Of a DNA stretch of 56,814 bases, positions 24,050 through 35,120 are shown piece after piece. Position 1 is the stretch's first letter, and the number at the start of each line of letters is the position of its first letter. Under the pieces are notes generated by a model. It saw only the letters and a list, made by a program, of their open reading frames with translations, made no database searches and was not told where the DNA came from. The position numbers were made by a program, and so were the translations under genes. The stretch is from Octopus bimaculoides (taxonomy: Eukaryota): NCBI RefSeq assembly GCF_001194135.2, contig NC_068993.1, positions 41,660,501 to 41,717,314 on the forward strand, read 5' to 3'.

Positions 24050-25315
24050 TTAGAAAAAGTATTATAGAAAACATCCAACATGAAGCTGACCATTGATCTC
24101 TCGTCAAGTTCTTCAGCAAAACACTAAGTTTTGTTGATGAGATTTGGGTTAACAGAAGAAATTACCCCTCGTATTATACGAAATTGTACGTCACTAAACA
24201 TCTAGTTATCAGGAGTTCCGATATGTCAACAAATGTAAAAATAAACGTTTACTTAGCAAATTTTCTAAGGGGGACGAGATGCCAGGGAAAATCCTGGAGG
24301 TGGTTAAAAAGTAAAAGAAACTAGTCAAGGCTGGCTTGTTGCATGCCAACAATGTGATGTTCATCGATGCGGCGTTCAAAGGAAAACAATCCTTCACATT
24401 TAGAAAAGCATTGCACAATATAATCGCGAAAGGAAAACTTGTACAAACAAGACCTCACAAATCTATTTAGAAAACTATTATACAAGACAAATTCTTTTAC
24501 GAAAAATGCCTGATAACATCTGAAGTGTATACAACAAACCCGTTGATAAATGCAAAATTATGAATTTAAGAGTATAGGAAATCACATTAGGAACATGGGT
24601 ATAAGAATATCATCATACCTTTCGTAGTAGAAACAGACCGCAGAATATGCGAAAGTGTAGGAAAGGAACATGAAATGCCTTTATAACGTTTTAGTTTACT
24701 CGAGGAGACTTATGAAAGAATTCTGTGCTCAAATCATAAGATGTATGGGCAACGTTTCTTCGAGTTTAAATGGAAAAGAATCTTTTTAACCATTTAACTT
24801 ATCCTAGATATTTCCCATGTTACTGCAATTCATACCTTGCCTACTTCCAAATTCTGTTCCATGATAGACACAAACCGACTATTTTATGAACAATGTCTTA
24901 CAGTTACCTTCTCACAGTTGAATTTCATCTTAAATTAATTATAAACTAAACGGCCTTATAAGCGTCAGTATGAATATATGTGAACGCATGTTTTGTCTGC
25001 TGTGCATACTGGTACTTATGGATTATGAAATGGAAGGGACGATGAGAGATAGAAATTGTCTAGTTAGTGATCATATTTTTTTTATATATTGAGTTCAAAT
25101 CCTTTCAAGTCATTTTAACCTTTCCTTCATCTAAGGGTCTACAAAATAATGGGCCGATTAATTTGAATAAGCCTCTGTCTACATTTTTGCTCTTCTATGC
25201 AATGACAGAAATCAATATATTACAATGAATGACCTTCATAGCAACAGACTGGATTCGTTAATTTTCAATGAAGATTAATCAAATTTTAAAACTGAGATTA
25301 CATGTGCGTCTGCAT

Positions 25316-25350
<35 letters not shown>

Positions 25351-26577
25351 NNNNNNNNNNNNNNNNNNNNNNNNNNNNNNNNNNNNNNNNNNNNNNNNNN
25401 NNNNNNNNNNNNNNNNNNNNNNNNNNNNNNNNNNNNNNNNNNNNNNNNNNNNNNNNNNNNNNNNNNNNNNNNNNNNNNNNNNNNNNNNNNNNNNNNNNNN
25501 NNNNNNNNNNNNNNNNNNNNNNNNNNNNNNNNNNNNNNNNNNNNNNNNNNNNNNNNNNNNNNNNNNNNNNNNNNNNNNNNNNNNNNNNNNNNNNNNNNNN
25601 NNNNNNNNNNNNNNNNNNNNNNNNNNNNNNNNNNNNNNNNNNNNNNNNNNNNNNNNNNNNNNNNNNNNNNNNNNNNNNNNNNNNNNNNNNNNNNNNNNNN
25701 NNNNNNNNNNNNNNNNNNNNNNNNNNNNNNNTATATATTTCATTCTGTATTTCAATATTTGATTCGTGCCTTCTGTCCTTTTTTTCTTTTATTTCTTTCC
25801 ATTAGATATTCTTTGTTAAATCTCCTTATCTTCTTTTTGACTTATTAATTCCATAACATCGTTACTGCAATTCCTTTATAATTACAATTATTTCATTATT
25901 TTCTTATACAAGGTGCTGCATAATGAGCAAAAATATGCCCAGAGACTGTGGAAATAAATAAGGTTACATGGTAGGAGTGTTATTTCTACTTCTTCTTAGA
26001 AACGGAACTCATGTGTTAAACCTATATGAAAAAAAAAAAAAGTCCTGACAGAATACAAATTATTGATATCAATTTTTAATATCGGTTTCTTATATAAATG
26101 TAAAGTCTATTATTGACAGGAGAAAAATGGCAAGTTTTGACGTTCATGCTTTTCTAAGAAGTATTAGCATAGAAACGAAGTGAAGTGGATATCATTGAAA
26201 ATCGAATATCATCTAACGAATCATGGTGTTAATATGTGTTCGGACACGTAGACGTGTATGTATCTGCGTGAGTATATCCACGCAATTATTCTCCCTCTGG
26301 GACGATCTTAAGAGGTGTCAGAAGATTACTGAAAAGACGTGTTTTTTTTTTTTTTTAATAAACATTTCGTATGGTTTACTTGTTTATTTATCTTCAATGT
26401 TGGAATGTATTTGAAGAATACCAACGATACCAAAATTAGCCGTGCAGATTTAAATGATAGATATGTGTATGTCCAAACGCGCGTAAATATGCATGCGTGT
26501 GTGTGTGTGAGTGTGCATATTTGCATGCTTTAATTTCAAGGTCTCATTTGTAGATATGCATGTACCAATGAATGAAT

Positions 26578-26612
<35 letters not shown>

Positions 26613-26653
26613 CCCACGCGCGCGCACACAAACACATATAGGCACACACATAT

Positions 26654-26769
26654 ACATATATGGTATATACATATATGGTATACATATATGGTATATACAT
26701 ATATGGTATACATATATGGTATATACATATATGGTATACATATATGGTATACATATATGGTATATATAT
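26654..26769. repeat. Minisatellite alternating 15-bp and 13-bp units
   Basis: CATATATGGTATATA and CATATATGGTATA alternate, running into a gap. Confidence 0.9.
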
Positions 26770-27089
26770 NNNNNNNNNNNNNNNNNNNNNNNNNNNNNNN
26801 NNNNNNNNNNNNNNNNNNNNNNNNNNNNNNNNNNNNNNNNNNNNNNNNNNNNNNNNNNNNNNNNNNNNNNNNNNNNNNNNNNNNNNNNNNNNNNNNNNNN
26901 NNNNNNNNNNNNNNNNNNNNNNNNNNNNNNNNNNNNNNNNNNNNNNNNNNNNNNNNNNNNNNNNNNNNNNNNNNNNNNNNNNNNNNNNNNNNNNNNNNNN
27001 NNNNNNNNNNNNNNNNNNNNNNNNNNNNNNNNNNNNNNNNNNNNNNNNNNNNNNNNNNNNNNNNNNNNNNNNNNNNNNNNNNNNNNNNN

Positions 27090-27121
<32 letters not shown>

Positions 27122-27635
27122 GTATGTGTGTGTGTGAGCGTGTGTGTGTGTGAGCGTGTGTGTGTGTGGTGGGGTACGTATATATATGATGCTTAAGTAT
27201 ATGGAAAGGCGGTGCTCATTTGACCAATGAGAAACTATATATACATCAAAGTTTTCATATATATCAAATCGTTGGATCGATAATATTGATTGCTTCCGTT
27301 ATATTTCGCAACAATGTTTCAACAGCAATATTTTAGCAAATGATTTATGGGGTTGTGTCATATTCGAAAGTTTATGTTCTGATCTATCTTAAATCATAAA
27401 GCAACTAAAATTTAATGAAATTTCTTCCTGCTTATCGTTAAAATATACTTACAGGTTTATAAATTCATCTGTTTGAATATGCAAAGATATGTAGTTCCTA
27501 ATTAAATCTGTGTTTATTTATCAAGAAATGCAAATGTGCATTTAAATAATACTTATATTACTGATTTTTTAGAACAGAATTTTATCAGAGGGGTGGGCTA
27601 AAGAAGCTGGCTTTCTCAGCGCGTCATCTTTTATT

Positions 27636-27748
27636 CAATCGCACTGCGTGGGCACCTTGGGCATGTGTCTTCTACTGTTGTCCCGGGCCGACCAGAAACG
27701 AGTGAATGGATTTTGTAGACGGAAACTGAAAGAAGCCCATCATGTGTG
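27636..27748 (+). mobile_element. SINE family B, truncated head
   Basis: CACTGCGTGGGCACCTTGGGCATGTGTCTTCTACT...GTAGACGGAAACTGAAAGAAGCCC. Confidence 0.88.
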
Positions 27749-27853
27749 TATATATACACACACATACAGAATACATNNNNNNNNNNNNNNNNNNNNNNNN
27801 NNNNNNNNNNNTATATATATATATATATATAAACACACACACATATATATGCC

Positions 27854-27885
<32 letters not shown>

Positions 27886-28134
27886 AAGTATGAGGTGTTA
27901 GTTCACTGGTGATCTAAACGACTAGGTACACTGGGTAAGTGCTGGGCTTCAAGTTTATAGGCGAAACAGTAGGTATGGAGCCATTGTAGATTTCCGATAT
28001 AGAGGATATATAATTATTAAAGAGGACAACAAACGTTAAGGCAAGTCATATACGTTATTATTATTGGAGAAATTCAAAGTCTTACAGCTGTTTCTGGGAT
28101 ATTATCGAATGTGCGACTTTGTGTTTGCATTTAC

Positions 28135-28740
28135 CGTCAGACACTGCTCGATAACCGGTGAAGTTATGTCTACGTTCGCGTAACAAAAGTACAGTCAATA
28201 TGATAGACAGTACTAGGCTTTAAAGAGCTAGGTAGTGTGGTCGATTCCTTTGACTAAACGCTTTCATGGCGGTGCCCCAGGATGGCCACGCACCCAAACC
28301 GGAAACAAGTAATAGATGAAAGATCTATAAACTCTCATACCATGGTCACTTTTGAACATGGATCTATTGATACGTAGAGCAGACCCTATTTTTTTTTTTT
28401 TAAATTTAGTAGTAACTGAACATATAAAATGTTTAGGCGTATCTTTTTTCCCCAATCATCTTTTAATTGATTCAGCCATTGGACTGCAATCATACTGGGA
28501 TACCACTTTAAAGGGGTTTTTACATATATATATACACACGTACGTGTGTATATCTTGATAAACAGTGTTGATTAGTTCGTGTTCTCGTAAAGTAGCAGTT
28601 CGAAAAAAAAGAGACCGATAGAATAAGTACCAGCCTTAAAAAAGTAAACCCTGGGTTCGATTTCTTCGGCTAAAACCCTTCAAAGCAGTGCCCCAGCATG
28701 GCCGCAGTCTAATAACTGAAAAAAGTAACGGATAAAAGAT
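28135..28740 (+). mobile_element. Two SINE family B tail segments (28135-28325, 28575-28740)
   Basis: GAGACCGATAGAATAAGTACCAG...CCCCAGCATGGCCGCAGTC...GAAA motifs as in other B tails. Confidence 0.75.
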
Positions 28741-28779
28741 ATAGATGTTGATATACAACTCCAATGTTCACCTACAGAT

Positions 28780-29265
28780 GCACTACTTGTCAATGCTGTA
28801 TCTGTGATCCAATATAGTTTTTTATTTTCTATTTTTTTTATTTGGCTCTTACAACATACATCCTCATTCAGGTGACCCGACCTAGCTTGGTCAAGCCTAG
28901 GCCTGTGTCCAATTGGCATTCTATCAATAATCCCCATTAACAATCCCTTTCCATCCAAATACACCTAGATGCTTTCTCAGCGCCCTTGCGTTGTTTCTGG
29001 TGGCATTCCTTCTATTCAGTTATGCATTGCCCAGATTCCTATAGGTCTTAGTAAATGTAAAAATATATGATTGCCAACATCTTATTCTCCACCGTTACTT
29101 GCAGCAGTCCTCCACACACTCCTGACACGCATCTTTCTTCCTCTCTTGGACCGCCTCCATCCGCTTTTCCTAAGGCACAGCCCACTTCAATATGATTAGT
29201 CGCCTTGTTGACTTGGAAACCAAAATGAGATCTGGTCTCAACAAAATCTGGGTGATAATGCATAG
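28780..29265 (-). mobile_element. 3' fragment of a HERO-type non-LTR retrotransposon (restriction-like endonuclease domain plus 3' UTR), decayed
   Basis: Minus strand ILLRPDLILVSKSTRRLIILKWAVP*EKRMEAVQERKKDACQECVEDCCK*RWRIRCW and, after a frameshift, AEKASRCIWMERDC*W. This matches the RPD...ELTVPWE..MEEA.ERK..KY...AEKASRWLW pattern of HERO-clade RLE domains. Confidence 0.8.
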
Positions 29266-29271
29266 CAAATA

Positions 29272-29460
29272 ATTCAGGCGGAGTTTACTCAACTTAATCG
29301 ACCCTACTGTGTAACTGCTAATTATTATATGATTCTCAGAAGAGCTCAAGGCAAAAGTGACCTCAATGGGATCGTACAAACTAAGAATGTAAATCGAGGT
29401 AATTAAATACCGCGAGGTATTTTGTCCGTGGTTTCATAGTTTCTGTCAAACCACCACCAC
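29272..29460 (-). mobile_element. SINE family A, degenerate
   Basis: TTAATCGACCC...GGCAAAAGTGACCTC...GTTTCTGTCAAACCACC is the reverse complement of the A body and head. Confidence 0.6.
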
Positions 29461-30318
29461 AATTATTAGAGAATGTGTGTTGTTGTTGGTGGTGGTGGTG
29501 GTGGTGAGGAAGAAAAGGTGATGAAAAATTCGGAGGGAAAAATAATGGAAAAGTCAGCGAAGAAAGAGATGTAGAATAGGAAATAGGAATATAATGTTGG
29601 AAAGAAATATTAATATTAATGACACTGCAGTGAATGTGTTCTAATATGAAACAAACTCAAGTTGTTACAGGTGCAGAGAAAAATGGCGTCCAATTATTAT
29701 TTCAAATAACATATACAAGTTAATAACCAACAGCTGTTAATTTATGATTTTCTTATTTTTCTAAATAATAACCGCTATTTACCTCATTAAAGCATTTGCC
29801 GCATGTTGTTATTATATACATCATTGCATTTTAGCAATTGGACGTCCTTACCATACTCCTTTTCAATAGCAAGATATAAAGTGCGGACGAGAAATAATTC
29901 ACTGCTTGACGTTTACTTAAAATTAGGCAGTGACCACACGTGTAGTTTAGTATCGAATTACAGAGATATATATTTTTTTCTCTCATCTCCTTTATGAAAA
30001 CTTGTTGATACAGAGAAAAATCTAAAGCAGAAAATGTCCGTAAGATGTAAATATACATTTTATATACATATGTATATATAGAAACTCATATACCTATATA
30101 TGCCTATATACCTATATATTTATATACATATATATATATAGACACACACGTGTATATGCATAGAATAAAAGCATTGATAATATATGCATGTACATGCGTA
30201 TATATTTATGTATATATATGTATGTATGTACATACGAATATATATATGTATGCATATATACGTTTATATATATAGGTATATGTGTGTTTATATATGTATA
30301 TATGTATATTTATATATT

Positions 30319-30362
<44 letters not shown>

Positions 30363-30740
30363 CGTGTGCATTTGTGTGTGCGTACGCCTGTGTGTCTATG
30401 TGTGTGTATGAATGTGCGAGCGCGCGTATGTGAGCATTTATACATTCAACTCCTACAAAGACTAGCACCTGTGAAAACATATCTGAAAGAAAATGTCGAA
30501 ACAGCTGGCGATGTGCTAATGAACACGGTTTCAAGGTCGATATGTTTTGCTTACCTTCAGTGGTCAGGAATAAATATCCATCCTACTGAGACTGAGGATT
30601 ACTGGAGGTCATTGAATACCATCGTATCAACAAATGTCATACGCTAATATATAAAAGGATTCTCACGTGAATGTTTCATACTAAATTTTCATGCTTAAAT
30701 TTCACGCCAACATTTTACGTCACACTACTTGGAATACATC

Positions 30741-31674
30741 GCCGAACGGGCGAAACACTGAATGGGCGAAAAGCTGAACGGCCGAAAGGCTGAACGGACG
30801 AAAGGCTGAACGGGCGAAAGGCTGAACGGGCGAAAGGCTGAACGGGCGAAAGGCTGAACGGGCGAAAGGCTGAACGGCCGAAAAGCTGATCGANNNNNNN
30901 NNNNNNNNNNNNNNNNNNNNNNNNNNNNNNNNNNNNNNNNNNNNNNNNNNNNNNNNNNNNNNNNNNNNNNNNNNNNNNNNNNNNNNNNNNNNNNNNNNNN
31001 NNNNNNNNNNNNNNNNNNNNNNNNNNNNNNNNNNNNNNNNNNNNNNNNNNNNNNNNNNNNNNNNNNNNNNNNNNNNNNNNNNNNNNNNNNNNNNNNNNNN
31101 NNNNNNNNNNNNNNNNNNNNNNNNNNNNNNNNNNNNNNNNNNNNNNNNNNNNNNNNNNNNNNNNNNNNNNNNNNNNNNNNNNNNNNNNNNNNNNNNNNNN
31201 NNNNNNNNNNNNNNNNNNNNNNNNNNNNNNNNNNNNNNNNNNNNNNNNNNNNNNNNNNNNNNNNNNNNNNNNNNNNNNNNNNNNNNNNNNNNNNNNNNNN
31301 NNNNNNNNNNNNNNNNNNNNNNNNNNNNNNNNNNNNNNNNNNNNNNNNNNNNNNNNNNNNNNNNNNNNNNNNNNNNNNNNNNNNNNNNNNNNNNNNNNNN
31401 NNNNNNNNNNNNNNNNNNNNNNNNNNNNNNNNNNNNNNNNNNNNNNNNNNNNNNNNNNNNNNNNNNNNNNNNNNNNNNNNNNNNNNNNNNNNNNNNNNNN
31501 NNNNNNNNNNNNNNNNGAAAGGCTGAACGGGCGAAAAGCTGATCGGGCGAAAGGCTGAATGGGCGAAAGGCTGAACGGGCGAAAGGCTGAACGGGCGAAA
31601 GGCTGAACGGGTGAAAGGCTGAACGGGTGAAAGGCTGAACGAGCGAAAGGCTGAACGGGCGAAAGGCTGAACGG
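30741..31674. repeat. GC-rich 16-bp minisatellite (GAACGGGCGAAAGGCT)n spanning a gap
   Basis: About 9 units visible left and about 10 right of the gap 30894-31515; gives the 16-aa periodic FSLSPVQPFARSAFRP ORF artefact. Confidence 0.95.
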
Positions 31675-31835
31675 CATTTGATCCGTCTTTACTTTCTGAG
31701 TTCAAATTTCACCAAGATCGATTTTGCCTTTCAGGCTTTCGAAATCGATCAAATAAATACTACTTGAGTACTGGCGTCAATGTAATCGACTAAACCCCTC
31801 CCCCAAATTCCTGGCCGTGTGCCAAAGTTTAAAAC
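31675..31835 (+). mobile_element. SINE family A body, continuous with the last minisatellite unit
   Basis: CATTTGATCCGTCTTTACTTTCTGAGTTCAAATT...GATTTTGCCTTTCA...CCCCTCCCCCAAATT...GGCCGTGTGCCAAAG. Confidence 0.85.
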
Positions 31836-32037
31836 CAATATACAATGACATACATTTACATAACTGTGTATGTTTATGTATATATTTATGTATTATATGA
31901 CATAGTCTGGGTTAAAGTCTCTCAATATACAATGACATACATTTACAGAACTGTGTGTTTATGTATATATTTGTATATATTTAAGTTTGTATATAAATAT
32001 ATACACAGGTAAATATATGACAGTCTGGGTTAAAGTC
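31836..32037. repeat. Tandem duplication (84-bp and 115-bp units), paralogous to 2431-2545
   Basis: CAATATACAATGACATACATTTAC ... GTCTGGGTTAAAGTC occurs twice. Confidence 0.85.
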
Positions 32038-32377
32038 CTATTGTATGCATTTTGGGTGTACCAGTTCAGCACTGAGGTTGATGTAATTGTCTCATTCCCG
32101 CCTCTGGACTTTCTGGCCTTGTACCAAAATTTGAAATCAATATTATAACTACAATTAACTTCTGGAACAATTAGGACTAATGGTCCTTATTTTATTGATA
32201 TGAATTTATAGAGAATCAAAATACGAATTTTAATTACATTTGCTTACATTTAAATGTTTTGCTGTATGTCTAGTTTCTCTCACCCATGTATTTTCATGTT
32301 TATCACAAACTGGATTGGCTTCTCTTCATTTCTTTCTCTAAACCTAATTTCCTGGAATTTCGTGTTATAATTTTTAA

Positions 32378-32758
32378 TTTAATGAATGCATCGTATGTGA
32401 CAAGGTGTTCAGTTATTTAATACCGTCAATATGCAGTTCGATTTTACTTATTCACAGGATTTCCTTACTGCCATTCCATAGCACCTTCATTCACATTTAC
32501 TTGAAATGAGTGCATCATATCTGACAAGGTGTTCAGTTATTTAATACTTTCAATGCACAGTTCGAGGTTACCTATCAACAAGACTTCCTTGCTGCCATTC
32601 CATAGCACCTATACTTACATCCACGATGACTAATCCCGCTAGTTTAAGATTCCAGTTCAAAAGTGAAAATGCAGAACCTATTTTGTTGGTTATTAGTGCT
32701 CTCTCTAACTCAGAAATCTGTTTACAGAATCTCGTAAACAATCCATGCATTCATTAAA
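32378..32758. repeat. 124-bp tandem duplication bracketed by a 14-bp perfect inverted repeat
   Basis: Units 32381-32504 and 32505-32628 share TGACAAGGTGTTCAGTTATTTAATAC and CTGCCATTCCATAGCACCT; TTTAATGAATGCAT 32378-32391 versus ATGCATTCATTAAA 32745-32758. Confidence 0.8.
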
Positions 32759-33104
32759 CACTTCTTTCTTCTCCTTCCATTAAGAATTTCTAACATCCTC
32801 TTTCTTCTTGTAGCATGTCCAATTGATGCAAATGTTTGGTATATTAAAAGTTACTAGTTATTTTTCAGAAGCTTTAAAAAGTTTCATGTGCACCTCTTCT
32901 GTAGCACGAGGATTTGGGTTTTCCTCAGTCTCTCCTTGAATATGTTTACACCAATTATGGCTACTATATTCTCTATTCTTGAGCAAAGCGTGTGTAATAC
33001 CCATAAAATTGCTACAAATCTTAGGAAGGGGGCCCTCGGTTTTGCTTCGTTGCAGTGTTTGGGTTGTTGTCTCTGGTATTAACTTTCATGTTTCTTCTAT
33101 TTTC

Positions 33105-33590
33105 TTCTATATTCTTTTACTTGTTTCAATAACTTGACTGCGGCCATGTTGGGCCACCAGATTGAAGAGATTTTAGTCGAACTAATTGACATTAGGCATT
33201 ATTTTTTGAAGCCTAGNNNNNNNNNNNNNNNNNNNNNNNNNNNNNNNNNNNNNNNNNNNNNNNNNNNNNNNNNNNNNNNNNNNNNNNNNNNNNNNNNNNN
33301 NNNNNNNNNNNNNNNNNNNNNNNNNNNNNNNNNNNNNNNNNNNNNNNNNNNNNNNNNNNNNNNNNNNNNNNNNNNNNNNNNNNNNNNNNNNNNNNNNNNN
33401 NNNNNNNNNNNNNATATATATATATATATATATATATATATACGACGGGCTTCTTTCAGTTTCCGTCTGCCAAATCCACTCACAACGCTTTGGTTCGCAT
33501 TCACCCAAAGTGCCACGTAGTGGGACTAAACCTGGAACTGTGTCGTTAGGAAGCAAGTTTCTTACCACACAGCCACACATGCCGTGTTAC
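33105..33590 (-). mobile_element. SINE family B, full length with central microsatellite/gap
   Basis: Head at 33440-33590 and tail at 33105-33216, both on the minus strand. Confidence 0.85.
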
Positions 33591-34472
33591 TGTGTTTGGT
33601 GCTGTTGGAGATTTTGTCATTTCCTGGGTACTTTAAGTCATAATTACAGTTGGTGACTGCGTAGTGTATGTACTTTAGGAGTTTTGTTACATTTTGGGGT
33701 GGTATTTGCACATCATATGTGTTGTGCGATTGCCATAGCATGTGATGTGTTCCTGTCGGACGGTGATTGTATAAAATTATACAGCGTGTGGTTTGTCTAG
33801 CAATGATGGATCAAAGCGATGTAAAATATAAGTTGTTTGAGGTGGTATCAATTTTATAAATGTATGTGCCAAAATTCGAAACAATTATACATATTATTGT
33901 CAATAGAAGTATTAAGCGAAGGAGAAAGTGTAGAAGTATCAGCAGAATAACTGCAGCAGCAGAAGCAACAGTAGCAGCAGCAGGGGAGGTGGTTGTGCTG
34001 TGATTTTTGCTGTGCAAGTTTTTTTTCCTTCCTTTCTCTTTTGTAAATAATGATAGCATATAATTCAGAGAAAAATGATATTAATCTAATAACTTTCTTG
34101 AACGATAAATCAGTACTGCTCACATAATTCAAATTCCCACTAATACTAGACAAATAACCTCGTAAATAGCTCTCTTAGAAACTAAAATGAACATAATTTT
34201 CCGATTTTTACACCATAATTAACCCCTCCATTTAAAAAAAATAGCAAATACAAATATAGACTAATTCATCAAATTTTTGTAGCCTTGTAAAATATCAACG
34301 ATCAAGTCACCGTTGCCATATTTTATTGTAGAAAACATTTTAAAAATTGATTAGAAGTAATCAGGTGATAAGGAAAAGACAAAATTTTAATTAGTTCAAC
34401 AAATAAGTATGGTTTTTAAAGTCTTTGAATAGATTGCTTTGTACTACATAATTCTAAATTCGATTTGAAGTA

Positions 34473-34708
34473 CAGTAATCCATCGACTATCGCGGGTGCT
34501 ACGTTCCACCCCCACCCCACCACGCGATAGGTGAAAATCCGCGAAATAGAAACAGTACAACAGTATTGTACTGTATATTGCTTTTAATATTTTTATAATT
34601 TATATATATTTAATTTATCATAAATTCAAAACAACACCAAGGAGGAATCGACGTATGCTAAAATAATAAACCGCGATATGTGAACCGCGATATGGCGAAG
34701 GATTACTG
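34473..34708. mobile_element. Tigger/pogo-like MITE
   Basis: TIRs CAGTAATCCATCGACTATCGCGG and CCGCGATATGGCGAAGGATTACTG; TA duplication on both sides (34471-34472, 34709-34710). Confidence 0.92.
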
Positions 34709-35120
34709 TATAGAAAAAAAACATCTAAGGATGGAAATTGTTATTGCATCTATTTAAAAAAAACAAACTATTTTTATGAGGTCAATGTTTCGGATCATCT
34801 AACACAAGGGATGTAAACCATTTTGTTATCTATAGACCTCTTTCTTTACTATCTTATTCTGGTGCCCCCCCCCCCATTGCCATTTAAAAACTATTATAGT
34901 TTCATAGAAACTTCTTTCAAAATTCCTATTTGGTTTTCATACATTACCTTGCATAGGTTGAAATATGTAAAACGTCAGAAATATAAAAACCTACCTGTTT
35001 CTTGTAATGCATACTAATACATACATCTAAAAAAAAAAATACTATTGTTTATCCCCAATTTATGATGACGTTCTATATATATACATANNNNNNNNNNNNN
35101 NNNNNNNNNNNNNNNTATAT

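Noticed and set aside
30480-30515. CTGAAAG...GAAACAGCTG hammerhead-like string
   Set aside because: Core mismatched, no UH triplet, poor helix I.
30770-30800. Minisatellite units as hammerheads (CTGAACG-GCC-GAAA-GGC-TGAA)
   Set aside because: The core is CUGAACG rather than CUGANGA, and no GAAA or helix III follows the stem.
30741-31674. CRISPR-like array
   Set aside because: Head-to-tail units without spacers, eukaryotic context, no cas genes.
30715-31705. 320-aa ORFs with FSLSPVQPFARSAFRP periodicity
   Set aside because: A 16-bp non-triplet repeat read across three frames plus a gap; no start or splice context.
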